From Cycas panzhihuaensis (taxonomy: Eukaryota > Plantae > Cycadophyta): DNA of 64,000 bases. The stretch is from NCBI GenBank assembly GCA_023213395.1, contig CM041465.1:200763741-200827740 (forward strand). The letters run 5' to 3'. The notes under the pieces are model-generated. The model had not been told where the DNA came from, did not search any database, and saw nothing but the letters and a program-made list of their open reading frames with translations. Made by a program: the position numbers and the translations under genes. The first letter of the stretch is position 1. Every line of letters starts with the position of its first letter. Of the stretch, positions 53,551 to 64,000 are shown piece after piece.

Positions 53551-56500
53551 AAATTTACATCTTCAATAGAGTATAAAGCACCTCAAAGTGATTAAACATA
53601 TGATCACCTTACTTTTGTAATTCAATCCCTTGAAAGATCAATCAATACTAAATTATGGCTTGATCTTACTCCCAACCTTAAAGTTAAAAAGGAAGAAAAA
53701 GTTATTCAATTTGTTGAATAAGAGAAGGGCCAATTCTCGAATGTTATTCCTCCTAAGAAGGCACTATGGTGCTCTTACCATCAGATATATACTCACGATT
53801 AAGAAGAGTGCAAAAAGCTTAAGTCTATCCTTCATTATGGTCATGCCAATAAAAACCCCACTTCTAGGCTTAATCAAGACTAATTGATTCATAAAGATCC
53901 ATTGCCTAACCATACTAGGAAGGCACCCAAATACAAGGGTAAGGTTAAAGCTTAGGACATAATGACTCTTTTGGCTCTAACTTTGAGCCTCTACTTAAAA
54001 CCTCTCTTCTCAAGAGGTGTAACCCTAAAAAGGTTAATCCTCAAAACAAATTACCTACAAATGGGGAAGAGCCTAAGAAGACCATTAATATGGTAGAAGC
54101 TTACAAACCCTCTACCTTAATAAAACCCCATGACATAGATTTCCCACCTAAGGATAAGTCTTCATAATCCCCTTCTTAGTTTCTAATTAGACTTATTCAC
54201 TTTAGGTCTATACCACAACTCACTAAAGAAGGCTCTTTCTCACTTATGGAGGAGCTAAAAATTATTCCTATCAGGATCTTAGCCATTAACCTCTTAAAAC
54301 GTTGCCCCTGATCAAAGGCAACACCTTTTGGACACCCTTGGAGTCCTTAGGCCTAGTTCACTTAGAAACCCTAACTTGGTTTTTGACCCCATAATGTTGC
54401 CAAATAAAGAAGAAAGAAATCATAATGAGACCATTGCTTTTTATATTAAAATTATGAAGGATGATATTAAGATTAAAAGGTACATAGTAGTTGAAGGCTC
54501 TTTTCTTAATATTATTCCCTTATGCCTCATAGGGGACTTAGAGATTTTAGCTTATGAGTTTGTTTATTAGGTCTTCCAAGGCTATGATAAGAATTAAAAA
54601 AACTAAATTGTCCAAGTCACTCTCCCTCTTACTTTAGCAAGTGAAATTATTATTGTAGAAGTCACCATCATTAACTTTGACCTTGAGTTCAACATGCTTT
54701 TGGATTAACCTTAGATTAGTCAAATATCAGTAGTCTATTCTTTGTTATTTGGTGAACTCAAGTTTATCCATGAAAGTAAGCTTAAAGATGTTAAGCATAA
54801 GAGTACGCTTATTTAGAAATTTATCTCACTAGTTGAAACCATCCAAGAGGAAGGAGAGTCCTCATCCCCTTTCATCTCTTTAGGGTTTAAGCAATATTTT
54901 AACATAGAATTTGTGCTTCAACCTAGTCAAGAGGAAGCAAAATAAATCCACATGATTACCACTACCTTCATGTAGGATATCTCTCCTCCTAACCGTGTGG
55001 AAACCTCTTCATATGATAAATCAATTAGAACTTTATCTCTAATTACTGACTCTTCCAATTACATTGTATCTCAACCAAGTATGGAGTCCTAATTTGATCT
55101 CCTAGCACAACTTTATTGAAGTTTCCTATCTAAATAACCCCTTTATAAATGACATCTACCCTTGTAGATACTATCCCCTTCACCTTGGTTTCTATATCAC
55201 TAGAGTTAACCCCTTTGAGCTAGCTACTTCATGCTCTTCCTTGTGATCACAAATTACTCTCTAAAAGTGTCAAAATTTGGATCATTTTGAGAACGATGAG
55301 ACCATTATCAAGCATTTAGTAGGATCTTCTCCTACTCTTCCACCTAATCATCACAAGCTTAGTTTTTCTAAATGCATCCAACTTGATTCACCCTTGTCAA
55401 CTTGTGGTTATGGAGTTACTTCTTCATCCTTACCACTCAATTCACCCACCCTCACTTTGAAGAGGGAAATTCCATGATAGTTGAAGGTACCATTAATGCC
55501 AACCTAGGAACTCAAGAGGAGCCCAAAATAATCAAAGTTGGTACTACTTGTTCTCCTTTAAAAGTAGAATAGTTACATGACTTTTTTATTGAATTCTCCT
55601 CTATTTTTTCCTGGGTCTACATAAACATGAAAGACCTTCATCCTGATGTGGTGATTCATAACATTACTTCTATCCTTGGAGCCAAACCTAAGAAATAGAA
55701 ATAAAGGCCCATTCATTCTTGGCTTTCTTGTACAATTACGTAAGAGGTGGAAAAGCTCCTAAAGGTAAGATTCATCAAGTCAGTGATTATTCTTAATGGG
55801 TATCCAACATTATTCCCATAGAAAAAAAAAAAGGTTTTATCCAAATTTACATTGACTTTTGAGATATAAATGGTTCCTACCCTAAAGATAACTTGTTTCT
55901 ACCTTTCATTGATTAAATATGGGCTCAAATAGTTGGCTTTGAAGTGATGTCTCTTATGGATGATTTTTTAGGATACAATCAGACCTTTATTTCCCCTGAA
56001 GACCACCATAAGACCATTTTCACCATGTCATGGGACACATTCATTTATAAGATCATGCTATTTGGCTTCAAAAATGCTGGGGTTAATTATTAGTAAGCCA
56101 TGGTCTTCATTTCCTATGACTTAGTAGGAAGTGTTATAGTAGTCTATCTCAATAATATGTTAGGTGTATCACATCAATGGGAAGATCATATCCATGATAT
56201 TAGAACTATCTTTGAATGATATAAAAAATGTTAACTTTTTTAAAATCCTAATAAATGCATCTTTGTAGTGACTTCTAGAAAGATGATTAGCAACATCATA
56301 TCTAGAGATGGTATCAAGGTTGATTTTGACATAGGTTATGACTATCATTGAAATGCCCCCACCTCACATCCAAAAATAGGTCAAGTCCTTCTCAAGGAGG
56401 CTCAACTTTCTACGTTAGTTTCTTACTATTTTTTCTCTCATTACTAAACCACAAACCAACCACTTCAAGAAAGGTACTTTTATTAAATGGACTGAAACTA

Positions 56501-58269
56501 CATAAAAATTCTTTGATAAACTTAAATAAGCATTAATCTTGGCCCCCACACTTGACCTACCATGTTTTAATAAACCATTCATTTTATATACTTCTTCCAC
56601 AAAGGAATCTCTTGATGCCATGTTAGCCTAGGAAGATGAGTTTGTAAGAGAGCAAGCCATTTACTTTATCAATCGTACCTTAGTTGTCATAGATCTTAAC
56701 TACTCTTTATTTAAAAAAATATATTTAGCTTTGGTCTATACTACTAAAAGGCTATGGCATTAGCTATTGGCCAATACTACCCTTGTGATCATATAATCAA
56801 ATTTAATTCATCTTCACCTCACCAAAATTGACCTTATTAGATGAACTCGTAGATGGGTCTTATTATTGTAAGAATTCAACTTGTAGATGGTTAATTACAA
56901 GTCAAAGAAAGAAATGGCCATTATTAAGCAGCTTGTTATAGCCTCAATTCCTAACTATGATTTTATTCGTGTCAATGACTCACTCCTAGATGAACATATC
57001 CTTTAAGTTGACATTGTTTCCATCCATCCAGAATGGCATAAGGATATTTGAGCTTACTTCTTAGACCAAACATACCCTCCTAATGCTAATTCCAAGAAAA
57101 GAAAAGAGGGTAAGGGCCTCTTCTTATCAATACCTCCTCCTAGATGACTTATTATACAAGTGTTTCTTTGATGGGGCTTTACTACAATCCTTCTAAGCTT
57201 AGGTCACCCTAGTTGACTGCCATGATGACATCTATGGTGACCATTTTGATGGTCAGTCCACATCATTACATATCCTTCAAATAGAATATTACTGGCCTAC
57301 CTTATTTAAAGATGCATATTCATATATGTAAAAGTGTAAGAAATGCTAAGAATGCTCATCCTTAATTCATCAATTAGATACCTCACTTAGGTTAATTCTT
57401 ACACCACGGTCCTTTTCTCAATTGGGCCTTGAATTTATTAGACAAATTTATTCCCCATATTTTGTGGGCAATAAATTCATCTTAACTGTGACTAAATACT
57501 TTACAAAATTGAGTGAGATAGTTCCCTTAACTATTACAATTAGAAAAGTAATTGCCACTTTTATCTTCTAATATATCATTTACAAATTTAGTGTCCCCAA
57601 TGTCATTATTACAAATAATGGGACTTTATTTTATAACTCTCGTGTTGATGAGCTTTATGACAAGTTTTACATCATACATAGAACATCATCCCCTACCACC
57701 CATAGGAAAATGGTTAAATCAAAGCCTTTAACAAAGCCTTGGAAAAGATCTTGGCTAAAATAGTTGATGACTCCTAGCAAGATTATCACACTCAACATTT
57801 TCTTTCCCTATGGGCTTATAGTACTTTTATTAGAATTGTAACTTAGATGACCTCATTCTCTCTAGTATATAGGACTGAATCTATATTTCCCTTAGAAAAA
57901 GAGATACCTTCACTTGGAGTCTAACTTAAGCATTTCACCGATGAGGAATGGCTAAGATAAGTAAGGTTATTAGAACTTAAAAAGATGGATGAAACCTACA
58001 TTAAAGCTCATCAAAAGAACCTAGCCTCAAAAAATAGAGGTCAAGCAACTCATGATCGTCATTTGAGACCAAAGAAATTTTATGTAGGAGACAAAGTCCT
58101 TAAACTTGAATATTAGTATAAACAATAATAAAAGTTTAATTCCAAAATAGTATATCCTTATTTGGTCATTAAAGACTTGAACAATGGGGCTTATTATGTC
58201 TATACTCTTAATGGGCTTGAATTCTAGAAGCTAGTCAACTCCCAATTTCTAAGAAAGTGTTATGCTTAG
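53551..58269 (+). pseudogene. pol: Tat gag C-terminus, protease, RT, RH and integrase, disrupted
   Basis: VVEGSFLNII (PR), WVSNIIP..IYIDF..MSLMDDFLGYNQ..MLFGFKNAG (RT), PFILYTS (RH), HDDIYGDHF..LWAYST..GDKVLK (INT), ending TATGCTTAG. Confidence 0.9.
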
Positions 58270-59299
58270 CTAACCTAGCCTATGGTCTGCAATAAGCCTA
58301 AATTATGGCTTTAAAAATCCACCTACTAATGAGCCTAAACCATGGTAGGTCAAATACTTTTACCCCTAAGACTTGGAAGGCATGACTCTAAAATTAAGTA
58401 TAAACTTTATGTACATATGATATTTCCCAAAAGCACAAAAAAGAAAATAATAATAAAACCTTAAAATAATAAAATTAGACTTGTCTCTTACCTCTCCTCA
58501 ACTTGTCATCTATTTTGGACCCTCAAGTCTTTACTCTTCCCCCAACTTGGCTTAGTGTAATAGACCTTTCTCATAAATTTGAGTAGTTAATTTCTCCATT
58601 TTGTGCCACACTCTACCTAAGAAACTCTTTTCACTTCAAAGTAAGATAGATATATCCATAGCATTATCTCTCTTTCTTATTCTATTTAAATAGTGAATAG
58701 TTTCCTCAAAACTTTCAATAACCAAAGGATCTTTAAGCTCCTAATTAGCTAGTATGTTAAGCATCTAATAGTCTCTTCATTCATCCTTGATAGCTTACAA
58801 CTTATCCTCTAATAGGACGAGCTTTAGTTCTATGAGAAATCTTAGCTTTCTATTCCCCCTCTTAAAGAATTGTGTACTCAATGATGAAGTAAGCCCTATT
58901 GACTATACCCCTCCTACTCCTTAGTAGTTAGTTATTTAAGGCCTGTGCTTTAACTCTCAAAGACACTTTGATTAAACATCCTATAAATACCTATAGTTTA
59001 TCTCTCAAGAGTGTGACATTAATTTATTTATTGCTTATACTTTCTTAGGTATTAACTCCCCATGGTTTGGCTAATTATGACTATACTCTTCAAATTTATT
59101 AGTCATCCCCATCTAGTATACCTTAATAAAGATTGCATAATGATCATAGTTATATATTCTTTATTAAGCATGAGGATGGGTGAGATTCATTGTCTAGAAA
59201 GTGAGTTCAATGATGCTAAGCTCATCACAAACCTCATTTGAACCATTGTATGGATTGATACCCTCCCAAAGGAAAAGAAAAAAGAGAGAAAAAGAAGAG

Positions 59300-60060
59300 A
59301 AAATTCTTGTATATAGATATCAACACCCTCTTGGCATATGGGGTAAGCCATGTGTCAACTTCATCCCCACCTATAACATGCAATTTGAATATAGTTATGT
59401 GTGTTGTTCATGAGCTTCAAATCTAGTTTCTTAGGTCCACCATAACCATAATTATGATTGAAACCATTTGACATTTATAAGGTTATATATTAGCTTTAGA
59501 AAAGGTAGTTATGGTGATGAAACCAAATATAGGGGTTCTATCTTTCATGATTAAACACTTGAAGTGCAATTATTTAAGCTAACTTATACCCTTGACTATT
59601 AATTCACTAACCTTCCTCTTATTCATTAACTTGTCTCTAACCTTTTGTCCTTCCCTCCCTATAGCCTTACATGTTTATACTGATGGTGGGGGCAGAGGTA
59701 ACCCAGAGGTTTCTACTATAACATCGGTCGTACATGATGACAGGATCACTATCCTTTTTAGTGTCAGTTTTTTCATACCATAAGTAACTAATAATATAAC
59801 ATAATACTTAGTTTTAATTAGAGCTCTTATTGATGTGCTTTACTTTTATAATGGACTAATCAACCTTTTTATAAATTCCCAAATCATAGTGTCCTAACTC
59901 ATTCATACTCATCAAACTTGCTCAAGTAACTTACATCATTTGTTTAGTACTACCACCTCTTTATTAGTACAATTTAGATCTGTTACTATTCAATGCATCC
60001 TAATAACTTAAAATGTTAAAGTTAACTCACATGTTTCCCACATAATTGATGACTATCACT
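59300..60060 (+). pseudogene. Additional archaeal-type RNase HI (aRH) with N-terminal extension
   Basis: LHVYTDGGGRGNPEVSTITSVVHDD..FFIP*VTNNIT*Y; homologous to 19270-19900. Confidence 0.85.
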
Positions 60061-60499
60061 TATAGCATAAACATGATAAACTAGGGGCATCTATTACTTT
60101 GAATTTATGTTAGAACAATCTACGACTCTCTCAAGACATCCACTTGGGAGCATTCACTCTCTGTAATAAGTATAAATTACAATGTTGAAAAGCTATTTAC
60201 TAAAGAGTCTAAACTATGGTAGTCATGTCCACCCCTAATGATGGATCCCTCACTTCTTAATGAGGGTAAACCATGGCTCAGAAGGCCCCATTTACTAGAG
60301 CTTAAAGTATGGTAGTCCCCATCATATACTTGCAATGGATGTCACCCCTTTGAAGTCTCATACACTTAAGATATATAAGATGGTTACTAATGAGATAAAA
60401 CTTTAGCAGGTCTTAAAACCTCTAAAAATCAACCACTAATAAGGCTAAACTATGGTGGGTATACCATTGTACATAAGTCCTTTGTATTGTGGGGTTTAA

Positions 60500-60818
60500 T
60501 ATTTAGATTAATATTTAATTCATTAGTCATTATCTATATCCCCCCCCCTTCATGTCCTTGTAACCCTCAAGATTATTCTTGTTATTATATTGTACTCATC
60601 TTAATATATGTGCAAGTGACATCTTGGTTTATATGTTAAGCCACCAAGAGCATATTGAGAGATCTCGCATATATGTGAGTATCCTATATATGTATACATA
60701 TTTTGTATTGTAATACAACAAGTAGAGTTCATTCTCATTGTTCATATTTATGTCTCACATTTCTTCTCTCAAGATGTGTTATCACTCTAATACCACATCT
60801 AACATTTGGTATACGAGC
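60500..60818 (+). mobile_element. 5' LTR and PBS of another LTR element interrupting the Tat 3' UTR (LTR start uncertain, 60468-60501)
   Basis: TCTAACA ends at 60804, followed by PBS-Met-like TGGTATACGAGC at 60807-60818. Confidence 0.55.
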
Positions 60819-62613
60819 TGGAATGGGTTTTGATCCCTTGAGAGACCACCCATTTAATCATGGGATTCATTCTTTATATAAGAAGTTTCATAGTTAAGTT
60901 CTTTATCAAAAATCATATCTTAGTTCATATTTTCCTAGTAGTTTTTTCCATCATAGTGTGGAGGATTTACATATGGTAGCAAGTTCCATTTTCTGTAATG
61001 TTGAATACTAGAAACAGTATGTGAGCACTACAAATTAGAGGATATATGTAGCAATTAAAGTTTTTCAATGTGGAGAATGACGATGAAACCTTATAAATCT
61101 AGAGATATAAGGAGATCATATAAAATGAAGGCCCACTCATGTGATAATGAGCCATGGGACTGATCGTCCCAACATCTTAAATATGGGATATTTTTCTCTT
61201 TAAAAGTTGTAGTCATATATTACTTTTTTAGCCAATATATCTAGCTATATTCTGCCCTGTAAGTTATGAATATTTGTCAGCAATCTATCCACTATGATGT
61301 TTCTCCATTTGGGTCAACATCTCTATTATTACTTGATCTTAATAAAGTTGTATATATGATTGTAATGTATAGCATTGATATATGCTTAATATAAGCATTT
61401 ATACAAGTATTTCTAGCTAGGTTTGATGGCATTTAGGAATTAGTTCTATCCATTAGAGACAAAGGTTTTGCATCTTGTTTGAGAGTCTTTATGAGGGAAA
61501 ATACATCATCAAGCTAAAAGCCCTATAGTAGTTCTTTCTGTATACTAAAATCTTCTATCTCTTATAATTTTCCTAAACTATTAATAATTAAGGATACTAA
61601 AAATTCCTTTGATTAGTCTGTTGTCCTTGTTACTACTAAAAGTGATTCTAAGATAGCCCTGTACATTTGATATATTTTGAAGTATTTGGTCCTAATTCTA
61701 AGAAATAACTATTTCTCTAAATAATTGTTTTATGGTGTCTGCCTTTGATAACTATTCCAAACCTCCTTCTGATGTTATAGAGGTTGCCATCAATTTGAAT
61801 GCATCTTTTATAAAATCCATGAGATGCACTTAAGATTTATCCATGCCCACTCCTAGGGTTTATCTATTCTTTTTGTAGCATATGGATTAGTTCTTTCTTC
61901 TATAAGTCTGGCCACTATAACTATATTATGTGGTGGAATGAATGACTTGGAATAACCCATCTCTTGAGATATTATTGAAATGCCCCCCATCAATTATCAA
62001 ATTTCCAAAAGGATTCTTGGTGTGACCAAAAGAGAGGATTTTGGTAGCAATTGATGAATGTGTTGTAGACAACATCAACACTCCAAAACAAGATGCTATT
62101 GGCCTCTTCTAAATGAAAATGGAGTTGATGCTAAACTCAAGGGATGTTGCTACCCTCTTATAAGGGTGATGCTCATTGTACTATTTGAAGGAGAAGATAT
62201 TGCTAAGAAATTTATGAAGACATAATCACCAACTTGTGTGAAGAAGATCACTATTATAACGCCATCGAGTAAAGTAAGAGTAAAAAAATAATGAAGACGA
62301 ACAACAATTAGAGTGATACATCACCCCATGGTAGAGATTGATTTTCTATATCACATTAGACACTATTATCAGACTTGAAGATGAAGATGAAGATTAGAGG
62401 TGATTCATTGAAGCTCATGATACTAATGCCACGACTAGACCTACATCAATGTAATAACAAATAAGCCATTGGCTTACAAATTTCCATCATTATATAGAAA
62501 CCCACAACCTACAATATAAAGAAAAAAATAGCGAAAATCCTTGGCTAGGGTTTTAGTTTTGCAAACATATTTTTTTAGAAAGAATATTTTATATGTTTTA
62601 AGATCTGTCGCCC

Positions 62614-64000
62614 TTAAATGATTGAGTTGGGAAGTCCAAAATACTTCCAAACATGCTGGAAAAATAGTCTAGCTATGTCTTCTCCTATATGTGTCTTCCT
62701 ACAGGGAATCAACATCACCATTTTACTGAACTGATTAACAACTACAAACAAATAATCCATACAATTTTTGGTTTGTGGTAGTCCTCCCAGAAAATCCATG
62801 GAGATACTTTCCCATGGTCGTGATGGAACAGGAAGTGGAATGTACAATCCAAACTTCCTATTGGCTGGCTTTGATGTGCTACATAATGTACACCCTCGTA
62901 CTACTGTAGTCACATCTTGCTGCATATTTGGCCAATACATATATCGTTGCAAGTTGAGTAATGTTTTTCCCACTCCAAAGTGTCCTATAACTTGAGAGGT
63001 GTGAGCTTCTCTTATCCACTTCATTTGATCTGCATGCTTTGGAATGTAAAGCTTGTCTTACTTGCAAAGAAGTCCATCTTTTAGCTAGAAATCAGCAACT
63101 ACTTTTCCTTGCTGTAGCTACTTAAAGATAGGCTTTAATGCCTCATCTTTTAAATACAAATCAACATATTCATCATGGCAGAAAGGTTGAAATTGCATAA
63201 CTACCAATAAACTAGAAATACCTTGCTATTGAGGAGGCCTGGACAGCAAGTCTATAATCTTATTCATCATTCCTTTCTTGTATTTAACCACGATGTAAAA
63301 CTACTGCAAATAGGATATCCACTTCATGTGCCGAGCCTCACGTAATTTGACCGAGTCGCAAAATTGTAAAGGCTTGTGGTCGGTGTGGATGACTACTTCT
63401 TTTCCCAACAAATATGGTCTCCAATGCTTCACTGCTTGGTGTAATGCATAGAGCTCCTTATCGTAAGTTGGGTAGTTTATGACAGCTCCATTAAATGTCT
63501 ATGAATGGTATGTTATCGATTTTTCTTCTCACTTCAATACTGCTCCCATGGCATAGCCTGAAGCATTAGTCTCCAATTCAAATGGCTTTTACAACGAGAG
63601 TAAAGCTAACACTGGTGCCTCACAAATTTTTTGCTTCAAAAGCCTGAAAGCTTTTTCTTGTTCATTCTCCCAATGAAGCTTTGCATGTCCTCCCGTTAAT
63701 GCATGAAAAGATGCTGCAATTTGAGAGAATCTGAAAATAAATTTTCTTAAATATTAACATGCACCAATGAAACTTCTTACCTCTATGGTTGTCTTGGGTG
63801 TGGGCCAATGGAGAATGACTTTAATCTTTGTTGGGTCAATCTTCAATTCTCCTCCTCCAACCACGAAACCTAAGAAGACAAGATATTGTTTTCCAAACTT
63901 GCACTTCTTTAGATTTAGTTTCAACTGCTGCTCTTGGAGAACTTTGAGCACTTGCTCAACATGTTGGAGTTACTCTTCCCATATATGGCTAAAAATCAGA
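62614..64000 (-). pseudogene. pol: Ty3/gypsy chromovirus (CRM-like) RT-RH-INT, truncated within INT; runs off the right edge
   Basis: LKLNLKKCKF..FLGFVVG; FELETNASGYAMGAVL..YPTYDKELYAL; EAH..GHFGVGKT..GLYIPLPVPSRPWESISMDF..FSKM. Confidence 0.9.

Larger units (their letters stand above)
35211..60467 (+). mobile_element. Tat-type gypsy element with aRH downstream of INT, split by copia D/E; 5' boundary uncertain, 3' LTR absent
   Basis: gag continues across the D insertion at TSD AAGAC, followed by PR, RT, RH and INT ending 58269 and aRH at 59670-60060. Same 3' layout as 16328-21980. Confidence 0.85.

Noticed and set aside
58321-58350. Resemblance of CTAATGAG..AAAC-CATG-GT to a minimal hammerhead ribozyme (CUGAUGA..GAAAC..GUH)
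   Set aside because: The base before AAAC is usually T and not G, there is no room for stem II, and the variants point to ancestral CGACGAG. Not called, though a cleavage assay would be cheap.
60820-62610. Possible further LTR after AATGTGGAGAA near 61066 and unassigned sequence
   Set aside because: No partner LTR, TSD or protein similarity recognisable by eye.

Overview
AT-rich (about 30% GC by eye), CpG-depleted plant heterochromatin built almost entirely from old, nested LTR retrotransposons. I found no host gene, tRNA or rRNA. Elements resolved: five Ty1/copia elements (A 1-3055 minus, partial; B 5269-10250 plus, Tnt1/Tork-like; C 22000-28872 plus; D 39555-53545 minus, TSD AAGAC; E 41275-48845 minus, TSD TGACT, inside D). 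Two Tat-type Ty3/gypsy elements (16328-21980 minus; about 35211-60467 plus, host of D and E) carry an extra archaeal-type RNase H downstream of integrase, which suggests a gymnosperm. Also present: a related Tat LTR at 10425-11523, a non-coding LTR element whose PBS was split by copia C, a chromovirus gag remnant and a CRM-like pol at the right edge. All coding regions are pseudogenised by C>T/G>A changes. The most striking unexplained structure is in the Tat 3' regions. These hold arrays of small hairpins with a fixed-length conserved loop and variable, co-varying stems. The main family has an 18-nt loop (about YRAYGAGnnTAAACYAYG) and about 22 copies over two diverged elements, placed right after the pol stop and after the stand-alone aRH region. 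Two further hairpin families lie before the PPT of the minus element. All coordinates and identities were read by eye.
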